Positions 17,973 to 29,069 are shown, counted from the stretch's first letter. The stretch is DNA of 64,000 bases from Syntrophales bacterium (GCA_028718565.1 JAQULO010000004.1:3148-67147), one strand, 5' to 3'. Notes: a model not told the origin generated them from the sequence alone. Numbers and translations: made by a program.

Positions 17973-20762
17973 ATGGATTACAAAGACACATTGAATTTGC
18001 CGAAGACGGACTTTTCAATGAAGGCGAATCTGGCCCGGAAGGAGCCGGAGCAGCTTGAAAAATGGCACCATATAGATATCTATCGAAAGGTACGGGAGGT
18101 ATCAAAGGGGCGACAGAGGTACATCCTTCATGACGGCCCCCCCTACGCAAACGGGGACATACATCTCGGGACCGCACTTAATAAGATCATCAAGGACATC
18201 GTCATAAAGGCGAAGAGCATGACCGGCTTCGACTGTCCCTACGTTCCCGGATGGGACTGCCACGGTCTTCCCATCGAACACCAGGTAGATCAGCATCTGG
18301 GCGAAAAACAGCATACCATGCCGCAGGCGGAGAAGAGAAGGCTCTGCCGCACGTATGCCGCCCGATACCTCGACATTCAGCGAAAACAGTTCAAACGGTT
18401 CGGCGTATTCGGCGAATGGGATCACCCGTACGTGACGATGGATTACGATTATGAGGCCACCACGGTTGAGGAGTTCGGGAAGCTCCTGCTCAGCGGCGAT
18501 ATCTACAAGGGGAAGAAGCCGGTATATTGGTGCGCCTCCTGCAAGACAGCCCTCGCCGAGGCGGAGGTCGAATATGCCGACCACACAACCCCCTCCATTT
18601 ATGTGAAGTTTCCTGTGGTGTCCGATCTTTCCCAGGTGTTCCCCGAGCTTGCCGGGGATAAGGTCAGTGTGGTCATCTGGACTACTACGCCGTGGACAAT
18701 TCCCGCCAATCTTGCCATAGCTCTGCATGCGGATTTTAACTATGTAGCAGTCCGGGTGGAGGGAGAGGTGCTGATCTTCGCGGAGGAACTGCTGGACTAC
18801 TGTTTGGACGCCTTCGGGCTCAGGGGGAAGGAATACGAGGTCCTGAAGGAATTCAAAGGCGGTGCCTTGGAGGGATTGAAGTGCCGGCACCCCTTTGTCG
18901 AGCGTGACAGTGTCCTGATATGTGCTCCTTTCGTGACCCTGGATGCCGGGACGGGATGCGTGCATATCGCCCCAGGCCACGGTCAGGAAGACTATGAAAT
19001 CGGCCTTGAGTACGGCCTGGATGTCTATGCACCGGTGGATGACGACGGCAGATTTACCCCCGATGTAGACTTTTTTGCCGGCCGGTTTGTATTTGACACA
19101 AATGAGGCGGTGACCGAGAAACTGCGGGAGGTGGGGTCGCTTCTGGGCAGGATGGATATAGAACACCAATATCCGCACTGCTGGAGGTGTAAGAATCCCA
19201 TTATCTTCAGATCGACGGAGCAGTGGTTCATCTCGATGGAGAAAAATGGTCTGCGCGAAAAGGCGCTCAGGGCCATAGACAGTGTCAACTGGTTTCCCTC
19301 TTGGGGGCGGGACCGCATATACGGCATGATAGAAAACCGACCCGACTGGTGCATATCGAGACAGCGCTCATGGGGGGTTCCTATTACGGTATTCTACTGC
19401 AAGGAGTGCGGCTCCTACCTGGTCACCCAGGAAATCCTTGATTATGTTGTCGCCCTGGTGCGGGAACATGGGGCCGACATCTGGTTCGAGAAGGATGCGA
19501 ACGATCTTCTCCCCAAAGGGACGGCCTGTCCTGCCTGTGGCGGGCGAGCCTTCACGAAGGAGGCCAACATCCTCGATGTCTGGTTTGACTCCGGTGTCAG
19601 CCATGCGGCGGTGCTTGAAAAGCGTGACGATCTGGGATCGCCGTGTGATATGTACCTGGAGGGGAATGACCAGCACAGGGGATGGTTCCATTCCTCCCTT
19701 CTGGAGTCGGTCGGAACCCGGGGCAGAGCTCCTTACAAGAATGTGCTGACCCACGGGTTTGTGGTGGATGGAGAGGGGAAGAAGATGTCCAAGTCGCTGG
19801 GCAATTTCGTCGATCCCCAGAAGATGGTCGACCAGTACGGGGCAGAGATACTGCGCCTGTGGGTCGCCGCTGAAGATTACACGGTTGACATCAGGATATC
19901 CGAGGAGATCTTAAAGCGTCTGGTCGAGGCGTACCGGAGGATCCGCAATACGAGCAGATACATACTGGGCAATCTGTATGACTTTGATTGTAAGAAGGAC
20001 ATGGTTCCCATAGAGGATATGGAGGAGATAGACCGGTGGGCGCTACACCGTCTACAGGAGATCATCCGGAGGGTGAGGGGTGCTTACGAGAATTATCAGT
20101 TTCATGCCGTGTACTACACGCTGTACAACTTCTGTAGTGTCGATCTGAGTGCCTTCTACCTGGATGTTCTGAAGGACCGTCTGTACACCTCGAAGGCCGC
20201 GTCACGGGAGAGGCGGTCCGCACAGAGCGCGATGTACACGATTCTTGACGCCATGACGAAGCTCCTCGCTCCGGTGCTTGTTTTTACCTCAGAGGAGATA
20301 TGGGCAAGCATGCCCGATTATGAGGGTAAGGCACAGAGCATTCATATGACGCAGTTCCCGGATGTGGATCCACGCTACCGTGATGAGAATCTTGGAAGTA
20401 AATGGGAGACGCTGATTGCGGTCAAGGGGGAGATCTCAAAGGCCATAGAACGGGCCAGGCAAAAAAAGGTGGTCGGGCATTCCCTCGACAGCTGCGTGAC
20501 CATACATGCCCCTGAAAAGTTGCAGGGATTGTTAAACGAGTATCGTGACATCATGAAGGCGCTGCTTATTGTTTCTCAGGTGGATCTTGTTGCAGAGAAC
20601 ACGATTCCCGATCCTTATGAGAGTATGGAATTCGAAGGTCTGAAGGTGGGCGTTTCGAAGGCGCGGGGGGTGAAGTGCGAGCGGTGCTGGAACTACAGCG
20701 AGACGGTAGGGGACGATGCCGATCATACAACTATCTGCACGCGATGCGTGCAGAATCTATAG
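17973..20762 (+). CDS. ileS: Isoleucine--tRNA ligase
   Basis: MDYKDTLNLPKTDF, PPYANGDIHLGT (HIGH), KMSKSLGN, and a C-terminal Zn cluster CERCWNY...CTRC. ATG at 17973 is preceded by AGGAG. Confidence 0.95.
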   Translation: MDYKDTLNLPKTDFSMKANLARKEPEQLEKWHHIDIYRKVREVSKGRQRYILHDGPPYANGDIHLGTALNKIIKDIVIKAKSMTGFDCPYVPGWDCHGLPIEHQVDQHLGEKQHTMPQAEKRRLCRTYAARYLDIQRKQFKRFGVFGEWDHPYVTMDYDYEATTVEEFGKLLLSGDIYKGKKPVYWCASCKTALAEAEVEYADHTTPSIYVKFPVVSDLSQVFPELAGDKVSVVIWTTTPWTIPANLAIALHADFNYVAVRVEGEVLIFAEELLDYCLDAFGLRGKEYEVLKEFKGGALEGLKCRHPFVERDSVLICAPFVTLDAGTGCVHIAPGHGQEDYEIGLEYGLDVYAPVDDDGRFTPDVDFFAGRFVFDTNEAVTEKLREVGSLLGRMDIEHQYPHCWRCKNPIIFRSTEQWFISMEKNGLREKALRAIDSVNWFPSWGRDRIYGMIENRPDWCISRQRSWGVPITVFYCKECGSYLVTQEILDYVVALVREHGADIWFEKDANDLLPKGTACPACGGRAFTKEANILDVWFDSGVSHAAVLEKRDDLGSPCDMYLEGNDQHRGWFHSSLLESVGTRGRAPYKNVLTHGFVVDGEGKKMSKSLGNFVDPQKMVDQYGAEILRLWVAAEDYTVDIRISEEILKRLVEAYRRIRNTSRYILGNLYDFDCKKDMVPIEDMEEIDRWALHRLQEIIRRVRGAYENYQFHAVYYTLYNFCSVDLSAFYLDVLKDRLYTSKAASRERRSAQSAMYTILDAMTKLLAPVLVFTSEEIWASMPDYEGKAQSIHMTQFPDVDPRYRDENLGSKWETLIAVKGEISKAIERARQKKVVGHSLDSCVTIHAPEKLQGLLNEYRDIMKALLIVSQVDLVAENTIPDPYESMEFEGLKVGVSKARGVKCERCWNYSETVGDDADHTTICTRCVQNL

Positions 20763-20771
20763 GAGGTCTCG

Positions 20772-21272
20772 GTGAGGAAAAGCCATAGGGGGTTTTTTAT
20801 AACGCTGGTACTGGTTGTCGGCTTGGACCAGCTCTCCAAGTGGTATATCAGTTCGGGTATGTCTCTTCATGCCTCGTATCCGGTCATCGACGGGTTTTTT
20901 AACATCACCTATATACGCAATCCGGGTGCGGCCTTCGGTTTCCTGGCGAATGCCGCCCCCCTCTTTCGATCAGGATTTCTCATCGTGGTATCGGCGGCGG
21001 CTATCGTAATGGTCCTGTTTTTTCTCGCGCGGGACAGATCCGCCGGGGGCCTGCTTGTCTGCGCCCTTTCACTGATAACGGGTGGAGCCGTGGGAAACCT
21101 GATAGACAGAGTACGCTTCGGAAACGTCGTCGATTTTCTTGACGTCTACATAGGCTCCTATCACTGGCCCGCCTTCAATGTGGCCGACTCGGCCATATCG
21201 ATCGGTGCCGTACTGCTCGCCGTGGAGATGTTCAGAAGAAAGAGGGTGGAAATCACCGCGGCAGGAGAATAA
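20772..21272 (+). CDS. lspA: Lipoprotein signal peptidase (signal peptidase II)
   Basis: Motifs NPGAAFGFL, GNLIDR, VDFLD and FNVADSAISIG; the position immediately after ileS is typical. Confidence 0.9.
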   Translation: MRKSHRGFFITLVLVVGLDQLSKWYISSGMSLHASYPVIDGFFNITYIRNPGAAFGFLANAAPLFRSGFLIVVSAAAIVMVLFFLARDRSAGGLLVCALSLITGGAVGNLIDRVRFGNVVDFLDVYIGSYHWPAFNVADSAISIGAVLLAVEMFRRKRVEITAAGE

Positions 21273-21714
21273 CCACCTTCAGATATTTTTTCCCCCACTG
21301 AAGGGCATCATCGTGGTCCGAAAAGAACACGTCTATGTGGTTCCCCTTTATAGCGGTCCCCACGTCATGGACCTCGCCCCACCCATACCCCGGGACGTAC
21401 ATCTTGGTGCCGAACGGATACAACCCGGTGTCCGCCGCGATTGTTCCATGCTTTGCCTCTGTCCCGTCGGCCGTGATCCCGACCAGCTTTCGCTTCCCCT
21501 TGAGTGGCCCATAGGCATAAACCGGTGGTCCGATGCACCAGTATTTCCTCTCCCACCCGCACGATTCGGCCCCGGCATCATAAGCGGTGACAAGCATGGT
21601 ACGAGTCGCTCTCTCGTAGTCCCCACCTTTCGGGAAGAGGCAGCATCCCTGGAGGGCAAGAAAGAGCATGACGGAGATAAAACACAGGCAGATTCTCGTA
21701 TGTATTCCGGCCAT
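21253..21714 (-). CDS. 3D-domain (MltA/RlpA-like fold) lipoprotein
   Basis: Lipobox LALQGC; 3D-domain pattern TA.D....P.GT.......G...V.D.G.AIKGN.IDVF. Confidence 0.65.
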   Translation of the reverse strand: MAGIHTRICLCFISVMLFLALQGCCLFPKGGDYERATRTMLVTAYDAGAESCGWERKYWCIGPPVYAYGPLKGKRKLVGITADGTEAKHGTIAADTGLYPFGTKMYVPGYGWGEVHDVGTAIKGNHIDVFFSDHDDALQWGKKYLKVVILLPR

Positions 21715-21851
21715 ATCGGATGCCTCATGTGCGGCTATACTAGGAGGACAGCCACCTGTCTACCATACCGGGCACTCATATTTCAAGACAAGAGCGGCGC
21801 GGGTCCGATATTCTCCCTGCTTGGTTGCGTCCCGTAAGGGGTCTACGCTGC

Positions 21852-23153
21852 TTATCCCATCAGGCCCGGAAGGAAGAGGGCGATCTGGGGAAAGGGTATG
21901 AGGAGAAGTGTGCCTATGATCAGTGCCGCAAGAAAGGGGAGCACTCCCCTGAAGATGACATCCAGGGGGACATCTCTGGCCACACCGCTGACCACGTAGA
22001 CGTTCACGCCTACCGGGGGGGTAAGCACGCCGATCTGTGTCACCAGAACGATAATCACGCCGAACCATATCGGGTCGTATTCCAGAAACAGGATCACCGG
22101 GTAGAAGATGGGTATGGTCAGCATAATCAGTGCCAGGGAATCTATGATGCATCCCCCAACCAGGTAGACCGCGATAATGATCAGCATAATCGCATAGCGG
22201 GGCAGTTGTATCTCCGATACCCCCTGTGCGATATCGAAGGGAATTCTGGTGACCGCGAGAAAGTGTCCGAATATGGTGGCCCCGGCGACGATGACGAGGA
22301 TCATGCAGGATATCCGCGTTGTCTCAAAAAGGGCCGTCATGAACCCTTTCATGGTAAGGTTACGACCAGCGAGCGCCAGAAGAAGCGTCCCGAAGGCGCC
22401 GATTGCCCCGGCCTCCGTGGGCGTGAAAAACCCCAGGAAGAGGCCGCCCATTATCAGGATGAACAGGAGCAGGGTTTCAACAAGGCCTGAAAGCGATGCT
22501 ATTTTCTCTCTGAGGGGGAACTTCGGCCCTCTCGGTCCCAGTTCCGGTCGCACTCGGGTCCATATGACGATGGTGAGGATAAAAAGGAGGGACAGGAGAA
22601 TGCCGGGGAGAATGCCGGCCATAAAGAGTCTGCCGATGGATTGTTCCGTCAGTATCCCGTAGACAATGAATATCACGCTTGGGGGGATCAGGATACCCAG
22701 GCTTCCGCCTGCGGCAACGACTCCGGTCGCAAGCTCCGGTTTATAGTTGTACCGTTTCATCTCGGGTAGGGTAGCCGCGCCCATCGTGGCGGCTGTCGCA
22801 TTTGTGGAGCCGCAGATGGCGGCAAAGGCTGCGCACGCTCCCACGGTTGCAATAGCAAGACCCCCTGGCCAATGACCTATAAATTTATAGGCCGAATCAA
22901 AGAGCCGCTTGCTTATCCCGGAGTGATATGCGAGTTGACCCATCAGCACAAAGAGCGGTATCACGGTCAGACTGTATGACCCGAAGATGGAAAAAAGATC
23001 TTTTACCATCATGCTCATGGATGCCTCAAAAGAAACGGTACATCCGAAGCCCACAAAACCCACCGCCGCCATAACAAAACCGACGGGTATCCTCAGAAAT
23101 ATCAGTATGAAAAGAGCTGCGATGCCGATCAGACCTATCGTGGTAAGGCTCAC
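21852..23153 (-). CDS. dctM: TRAP transporter large permease subunit
   Basis: Polytopic membrane protein with DctM-like segments. GTG at 23153 overlaps the dctQ stop (GTGA), suggesting translational coupling; the ORF track starts at 23204. Confidence 0.85.
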   Translation of the reverse strand: MSLTTIGLIGIAALFILIFLRIPVGFVMAAVGFVGFGCTVSFEASMSMMVKDLFSIFGSYSLTVIPLFVLMGQLAYHSGISKRLFDSAYKFIGHWPGGLAIATVGACAAFAAICGSTNATAATMGAATLPEMKRYNYKPELATGVVAAGGSLGILIPPSVIFIVYGILTEQSIGRLFMAGILPGILLSLLFILTIVIWTRVRPELGPRGPKFPLREKIASLSGLVETLLLFILIMGGLFLGFFTPTEAGAIGAFGTLLLALAGRNLTMKGFMTALFETTRISCMILVIVAGATIFGHFLAVTRIPFDIAQGVSEIQLPRYAIMLIIIAVYLVGGCIIDSLALIMLTIPIFYPVILFLEYDPIWFGVIIVLVTQIGVLTPPVGVNVYVVSGVARDVPLDVIFRGVLPFLAALIIGTLLLIPFPQIALFLPGLMG

Positions 23154-23632
23154 TGCGCGACCCTCTTTAGTGATCGGTAAAGGTCCTTCAGAAGAACGAG
23201 ACACACGAGAAGGCAGCCGATTGCTATACCGAAAACGAAGGGATATATCGGTATTCCGACCGTGAGGGATACCTCACCCGTGCGCTTCAGGTCCAATGCA
23301 TATAAGACGCTTTGCCGCGCTATTATCCCGAACAGTACGGCGCTGAGAAGTTCGCCTGCTGCGGCAATAATGAATTGCACCTTCTCCGGCATCCTGCGTG
23401 TCAAGAACTCCACCATGATATGTCCCTTGTTTGCCGTGGTATGAGCAAGGGCAAAGGAAACGCCCACCGTTCCCATAAGTCCCACAATCTCATAAGTACC
23501 CGGGACGGGGTGGCGGAAAAACCGCAGAACTACATCGGCGCACGTGATCAGCATCATGAACAGGACGGCAATCGCCGACAGCCAGTTGAAAACGCCGCTG
23601 AGATTGTCAATCTGTCTTTCCAGACGTATCAT
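23150..23632 (-). CDS. dctQ: TRAP transporter small permease subunit
   Basis: 160 aa with four TM segments, lying between dctP and dctM. Confidence 0.8.
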   Translation of the reverse strand: MIRLERQIDNLSGVFNWLSAIAVLFMMLITCADVVLRFFRHPVPGTYEIVGLMGTVGVSFALAHTTANKGHIMVEFLTRRMPEKVQFIIAAAGELLSAVLFGIIARQSVLYALDLKRTGEVSLTVGIPIYPFVFGIAIGCLLVCLVLLKDLYRSLKRVAQ

Positions 23633-23701
23633 ATGGCCTCGATATTGGAGGTCTGGGTTACGGGGTTGAATCCTGATCCCCGTTCCCCGGTTCCTGACCT
23701 T

Positions 23702-24718
23702 CTATTTACTGTATGTGGCGATGAGCTCTTTGACCCGAGCTACAGCTTCTTTTCCCGGAAGCCCACTTGCTTCTGTGGTGCTTATATATTCTTCGATAAT
23801 TGGCTGCACCGCCTTCGCCCACCTCTCATGTTCCTCTTGGGAGAGGTCAATGATCTCGTTGCCCTGGCTTAAGGTATATTCGCGTCCCTCATCATCACTC
23901 TTGTCCCACTCCTCGCCGTGCACGCCGACCCACTCGGCACTTACCTCTTCCATTATTTTCCTGAGTTCTTTCGGCAAAGCGTTCCATTTTTCAAGATTTA
24001 TCACGACAAACATGGCCGTGGTATACCCGACGTCGGTGCACTTGGTTGTGTATTTGATAACCTCAGCCTGTCTCCACCCTTTGAGGGTTTCTATGGGGGT
24101 GAAGGTACCTTCAACCACACCCTTCTGGAGGGCCTCGTATGTGTCACCCTGGGGCATTGCGACGGGCGCCCCGCCGAGGGCCTCCACGATCTTGGCGCTC
24201 AGACCCGTCGAGCGTATCTTCATTCCCTTGACGTCTTCCAATGTCCTGACCGCTTTTTTGGTGCTCAATAGTCCGGGACCATGGGCATGTATATACAGAA
24301 CTTTTACGTCATCCAGTTCCTTTGGCGCCATGGTCTTGGCAAATTCATTCGCGACACGGGTTGCCACTAGGCCATCGGCGTATCCATGGGGAAGATCGAC
24401 GGCTGCCATCACGGGGAAGCGCCCCCGTGTGTAAGCGAAGCAGGACATTCCTATATCCGATATTCCCTTTACGACACCGTCGTAACACTGATCCGCCTTT
24501 GTCAGCGTACCTCCCGGAAAGGTGGTGATCTTTATCTTTCCGCCGGAACGTTTTTCTATCTCCTCGGCCCACGATATGGCCGCCTTGCACTGACTGTGGG
24601 TAGGTGGAAAGAATATGCTGTAGGTAAGTTCTACGGTCTTTTCTTGCCTCTGGCACCCCATTGTCAGCAGCAATGCCGCTGCCCCTATCATCACAATAAT
24701 CAGAAGATTTTTTTTCAT
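23702..24718 (-). CDS. dctP: TRAP transporter substrate-binding protein (lipoprotein form)
   Basis: MKKNLLIIVMIGAAALLLTMGC signal/lipobox, DctP-like body, and ATG at 24718 after GAGGGGG. The ligand cannot be inferred. Confidence 0.85.
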   Translation of the reverse strand: MKKNLLIIVMIGAAALLLTMGCQRQEKTVELTYSIFFPPTHSQCKAAISWAEEIEKRSGGKIKITTFPGGTLTKADQCYDGVVKGISDIGMSCFAYTRGRFPVMAAVDLPHGYADGLVATRVANEFAKTMAPKELDDVKVLYIHAHGPGLLSTKKAVRTLEDVKGMKIRSTGLSAKIVEALGGAPVAMPQGDTYEALQKGVVEGTFTPIETLKGWRQAEVIKYTTKCTDVGYTTAMFVVINLEKWNALPKELRKIMEEVSAEWVGVHGEEWDKSDDEGREYTLSQGNEIIDLSQEEHERWAKAVQPIIEEYISTTEASGLPGKEAVARVKELIATYSK

Positions 24719-25163
24719 GACTTTTTCCCCCTCACGTAATATGTGGCCGTTCACTTCGCCCCTCTATGAGAGGCGAAAGAGGCCTGTCCAAGACTGTTGA
24801 AAATGTAACGGAAGCTACTCTGGTGTGATGGCCTGCTTTCCTGCCCGATCGGGGTCAAGAAGCAGGCATCAATACATATAGATCTTGCACGTGGAGCGCA
24901 CAAGGGCCGGCAGGAAACTCAACAATTTATTGTTCATAACCCATTCCCAATTTTGAAGACTTGACCAAGCCCCGTAACCGACTTGGTATGACCCGCTAAA
25001 CAACGCTTGAGATCCCCCCGAAGAACTGGAACCCCATGGCGCAACACAACCCGTAGAAACTTGGATAAACCGACCTCCACCCCCGCCTGGATGGGGAACT
25101 TGTACGATGCGCTACAGCGCATGCAAACCCCGCCGTGCGTGTCTCCGGTTCAGAACGACGGGG

Positions 25164-25463
25164 CTACTTTTTTTCTGCGGCCTTCGCCTTTTCCAGTTCC
25201 GCCTTATACTTTTCCGCTTCGGCCTTTGCCTTTTTCAGGTCTTCTTTGGCAGCGTTCAGATCCTCAGAGCTTGCCTTTTCCTCTGCTTTCGATTTTATCT
25301 GGTCCGTTATTTCGTCGAAACCGACGTATATGGCAAGAGCGCCTCCGAGCAGGATAACTATAGGAACCCCACCTTGAAGCAGGGCAAGAAAGGGTCCCCA
25401 CCAGATGACCAGGCCGATAAGTCCCAGGACCGCCGCGATGACACCGCCTACCAATACCCTCAT
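25164..25463 (-). CDS. Small membrane protein with a Lys/Ala/Glu-rich coiled-coil tail, function unknown
   Basis: ATG at 25463 after AGGAGG. There are two TM segments (VLVGGVIAAVLGLIGLVIWW, VPIVILLGGALAIYVG), then a tail ...KAEEKASSEDLNAAKEDLKKAKAEAEKYKAELEKAKAAEKK. A hairpin follows the stop. Confidence 0.55.
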   Translation of the reverse strand: MRVLVGGVIAAVLGLIGLVIWWGPFLALLQGGVPIVILLGGALAIYVGFDEITDQIKSKAEEKASSEDLNAAKEDLKKAKAEAEKYKAELEKAKAAEKK

Positions 25464-25679
25464 GATCCCCAAACCTCCTTCTCCAAGAATTTGCCATGGT
25501 CGTTGCGGCAAAGGCATAACAACACGCCGGTGTTTCAGCTAACACAAAAATGAACCGCAGGCAAGATCAAAATGGAGAAAAAGGACTTGCCTAAAAAGGA
25601 ATATTGCATTATCTTTGTAAACTTTCAGACAACTGACAAAAAACTCTTGCCTCGAAGGGGGACGGGGAAAGGATACCGG

Positions 25680-26057
25680 ATGGTGGAGCTTGATTTTGAA
25701 AAGGGGGAGGGGCTGATCCCTGTCATAGCGCAGGATTACGAGACCGGCGAGGTGCTGATGCTGGCCTATATGAACCGGGAGTCCTGGCTGCAAACGGTGA
25801 AAACAGGGAGGGCGACCTACTGGAGCAGATCACGAAAGGCCCTCTGGGTCAAGGGTGAGACATCCGGTAATGTCCAGACAGTCAAGGCGATCCTCGTAGA
25901 CTGCGATCTGGACACTCTGGTGCTGAAGGTGGAGCAGCAGGGAGGGGCCGCATGTCATACGGGGTATAGGTCCTGTTTCTACCGGAAGGTGTCTGACGGA
26001 GAGATGGAGATCATCGGTGAGAGGGTATTTGATCCGGAGAAAGTGTATACGAAATGA
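25680..26057 (+). CDS. hisI: Phosphoribosyl-AMP cyclohydrolase
   Basis: Motifs [34 protein letters not shown] and DCD.D.L...[13 protein letters not shown]. Confidence 0.9.
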   Translation: MVELDFEKGEGLIPVIAQDYETGEVLMLAYMNRESWLQTVKTGRATYWSRSRKALWVKGETSGNVQTVKAILVDCDLDTLVLKVEQQGGAACHTGYRSCFYRKVSDGEMEIIGERVFDPEKVYTK

Positions 26058-26926
26058 ATAAATTGAAGCTGGGCATACCAAAGGGCAGCCTTGAATCCAA
26101 TACGATAGAGCTTTTCAAGAGGGCGGGATGGAGCATAACCTACGATGCCCGGAGCTATTTTCCCGATATTGATGATGAGGACATTTCCTGTGCCCTTGTG
26201 AGAGCGCAGGAAATGTCCCGGTATGTCGATGATGGAACCATCGACCTTGGCCTTACCGGAAAGGACTGGATACTGGAAAATGAATCCGACGTTGTGGTGG
26301 TTCAGGACCTTATATATTCCAAGGTATCCACGCGACAGGCCCGTTGGGTGCTTGTGGTGAGGGAGGATTCTCCCATAAAGACCTTGGAAGATATAGCCGA
26401 CAAGAAGGTGTCCACGGAGCTGGTGGGCTTTACCCGCAGATATCTGCAAGAGCGGGGGATAGGGGCCCACCTGGAATTCTCTTGGGGTGCCACGGAGGCG
26501 AAGGTGGTCGAAGGTCTTGTGGACGCAATCGTGGAGGTTACGGAAACGGGGAGTACACTCAAGGCCAACAAATTGAAGATTATACATGAACTCCTTAAGA
26601 CGAACACTCAGCTGATCGCCAGTAAGAAGGCATGGGATGACCCGTGGAAGAGGCGAAAGATAGGGCAGATAAGCGCTCTTCTCTCCGGATCGCTCATGGC
26701 GATGGGCAAGGTCGGTCTCAAGATGAACGTTGCCAAGGAGAATCTGGGGAGGGTTGTGCTGCTCCTTCCCTCTCTCAAGGCTCCCACCACTTCGGGGCTG
26801 TATGACGCGAACTGGTTTGCTGTCGAAGCCGTTGTGGATCGGGGTATCGTCAGGGAGTTGATACCCATTCTCCAAGAGGCAGGGGCTGAAGGAATCATAG
26901 AATATCCTCTTAACAAGGTGTTGTAA
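26054..26926 (+). CDS. hisG: ATP phosphoribosyltransferase (long form)
   Basis: [14 protein letters not shown], an ATGA overlap with hisI, a TETGSTL motif, and a C-terminal regulatory domain. Confidence 0.9.
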   Translation: MNKLKLGIPKGSLESNTIELFKRAGWSITYDARSYFPDIDDEDISCALVRAQEMSRYVDDGTIDLGLTGKDWILENESDVVVVQDLIYSKVSTRQARWVLVVREDSPIKTLEDIADKKVSTELVGFTRRYLQERGIGAHLEFSWGATEAKVVEGLVDAIVEVTETGSTLKANKLKIIHELLKTNTQLIASKKAWDDPWKRRKIGQISALLSGSLMAMGKVGLKMNVAKENLGRVVLLLPSLKAPTTSGLYDANWFAVEAVVDRGIVRELIPILQEAGAEGIIEYPLNKVL

Positions 26927-26946
26927 AAGGAGACGCGAGGGCAAAA

Positions 26947-27531
26947 GTGCGGAAGAACAAGGTAACCAGAAAAACTGCGGAAACGGACATATCGTTTGAG
27001 ATCAACCTTGACGGAGAAGGGGCAGGAGAAATATCCACAACGATCCCCTTTCTTGATCATATGCTCACCCTCTTTGCGAAGCACGGCTTTTTCGATCTGC
27101 GGGTGCAGGGAAGCGGGGATACGAATGTGGATTATCATCACCTCGTGGAGGATATTGGGATATGCTTTGGGAAGACGGTCAAGGGTGCCCTGGGAGACAA
27201 GGAGGGCATGACCCGTTACGGTGCGGCCTGTGTTCCCATGGATGAGTCCCTGTGCCATGTCTGTATTGATGTTTCCGGGAGGCCGTATCTGGTGTTCAGG
27301 GCCGAATTCGGCGGGAAAAAGATACGGGACTTTGACCCCATCCTCCTTGAGGAATTTTTTAGGTCCTTTACGGATCATGGGGGAATAACCTTGCACATAA
27401 ATGTCATATATGGTAAGAATCCTCACCACATAGCGGAGGCTGTTTTCAAGGCGTTTGCCCGTGCCCTGAGGGAGGCCGTCCGTATTGATGATCGGATCAA
27501 GGGTGTCCTGTCAACAAAGGGAAGTATCTGA
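26947..27531 (+). CDS. hisB: Imidazoleglycerol-phosphate dehydratase
   Basis: Motifs RKTAETDI, FLDHML, DYHHLVEDIGI and HHI.EA.FKA. Confidence 0.9.
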   Translation: MRKNKVTRKTAETDISFEINLDGEGAGEISTTIPFLDHMLTLFAKHGFFDLRVQGSGDTNVDYHHLVEDIGICFGKTVKGALGDKEGMTRYGAACVPMDESLCHVCIDVSGRPYLVFRAEFGGKKIRDFDPILLEEFFRSFTDHGGITLHINVIYGKNPHHIAEAVFKAFARALREAVRIDDRIKGVLSTKGSI

Positions 27532-27562
27532 GTTCACCGTCTGCCACGTTGAGAATCTTTCC

Positions 27563-28330
27563 ATGACATTTCCCGTGGAATCCGGTTATCGGGAAATCTT
27601 ACAGAGCGGGGTGATAAGTATCAAAAAGCTTTTTTCTTTCTTCCTTTTTTTTCGGTTTCTTCTGTGCGGGGTGGTATGTGTGGCCCTCCTTGCCGGTTGT
27701 GTGTCCAACAAGGGAGGTGGAGCGACCGCCCTTCTTCAGAGGGATATCACCTTTAAGAGGATTGCCGTTACACCTTTTCAGGCGGTTGCTTCCGGTGATC
27801 CGGCTGTGCAGATTGCCCGGTGTCCTGTCTCTGGAACGACCTTCAGGGCATGTGGTTTTTCTGGAAATCCCGAGAAAAAACTGGAAGAGCAATTCCTCAG
27901 CGGGCTCAACCCTTCCGGAGGCTACACTGTGATACCCCCACAGGAGGTGCTTGGTGTGTACCGAAGGGTATCCACCAACTCCCTGGGAGAGACCCCCCTT
28001 GATATATTGAAAAAGGTGGGGAAGGAAATCGGGGCGGACGGCATTATTGCGGGGCATCTCTTCTGTTACCGGGAGAGGAAGGGGTTTGATTATTCAGCGG
28101 AAAAGCCCGCTTCTGTCGCTTTCTGTGTCCATCTTATCCGGACCCAGGACGGTGTGTCTGTGTGGAAAGGGGTCTTTGACAAGACCCAGAGTTCGTTGAT
28201 GGAAAATATCCTGGATATCCTCCCCTTTATACGGGGAGGAGGAAAATGGATGACTGCGGAAGAGTTGTCACGAGATGGCATGCGAGAGATATTGAAGGAC
28301 TTTCCGGATATGAGGGGAACTGATAAGTGA
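27563..28330 (+). CDS. Putative lipoprotein (LpoB/DUF799-like architecture), function unknown
   Basis: Hydrophobic signal with lipobox LLAGC. It occupies the slot between hisB and hisA. The start is uncertain (ATG 27563 or GTG 27611). Confidence 0.55.
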   Translation: MTFPVESGYREILQSGVISIKKLFSFFLFFRFLLCGVVCVALLAGCVSNKGGGATALLQRDITFKRIAVTPFQAVASGDPAVQIARCPVSGTTFRACGFSGNPEKKLEEQFLSGLNPSGGYTVIPPQEVLGVYRRVSTNSLGETPLDILKKVGKEIGADGIIAGHLFCYRERKGFDYSAEKPASVAFCVHLIRTQDGVSVWKGVFDKTQSSLMENILDILPFIRGGGKWMTAEELSRDGMREILKDFPDMRGTDK

Positions 28331-29058
28331 TCATAATACCTGCTATAGATCTGAAGAGGGGCAAGTGTGTGCGCCTTCTTCAGGGTGACTTTGACCTTCC
28401 GACCGTTTATTCGGACCATCCCGCCGATATCGCATTGCAGTGGCAGGAAAAGGGGGCAAAGCGCATTCACGTGGTTGATCTCGACGGTTCCCGTGACGGA
28501 TTGCCTCGAAACAGAGATGCCGTCGAAGCGATTGTCCGCGTGGTGAATGTTCCCATAGAGGTAGGTGGCGGGATACGGGACATGAAGACAGTTGATGAAT
28601 ACCTGACCATGGGTGTCAGCTATGTGATACTGGGAACAGTTGCCCTGAAAGACAGGGCTTTTGTCCTTGATGCGTGCACCGCTCATCCTGGGCATATAAT
28701 CCTTGCCCTTGACGCCCGTGACGGCATGGTCGCGGTTGAGGGATGGACTGAAAGCTCCGATCGTTCTCCTGCGGAGATTGCCGCGCAGTACCAGGGGTGT
28801 GGACTGGAATCCATTATATACACCGATATACAACGGGATGGCATGGAATCGGGTGTCAACATTGAATCCACAAGGCTGCTTGCCGAATCTGTCGATATTC
28901 CGGTCATCGCCTCGGGCGGCGTTGCGAACATCCATGACATTGACCGGCTCCTCGAATCTGGAGGGCCGGGGATAATGGGTGTCATTACCGGTAAGGCGCT
29001 TTACACCGGGGCGCTTAAACTGGAGGATGCCATAGCAAGGATTGCGGGATTTGCGTAG
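28327..29058 (+). CDS. hisA: 1-(5-phosphoribosyl)-5-[(5-phosphoribosylamino)methylideneamino]imidazole-4-carboxamide isomerase
   Basis: MIIIPAIDLKRGKCVRL, GGGIR, and ASGGV near the C-terminus. Confidence 0.9.
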   Translation: MIIIPAIDLKRGKCVRLLQGDFDLPTVYSDHPADIALQWQEKGAKRIHVVDLDGSRDGLPRNRDAVEAIVRVVNVPIEVGGGIRDMKTVDEYLTMGVSYVILGTVALKDRAFVLDACTAHPGHIILALDARDGMVAVEGWTESSDRSPAEIAAQYQGCGLESIIYTDIQRDGMESGVNIESTRLLAESVDIPVIASGGVANIHDIDRLLESGGPGIMGVITGKALYTGALKLEDAIARIAGFA

Positions 29059-29069
29059 GAGGAAGTGGT

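Noticed and set aside
24755-25163. A 400-bp spacer upstream of the TRAP operon with several hairpins (24771-24800, 24833-24870, 25120-25160) and a 62-aa ORF (24934-25122).
   Set aside because: The hairpin next to 25164 is most simply the terminator of the upstream membrane-protein gene. The others lack T-runs or recognisable operator symmetry. The ORF has no SD or motif.
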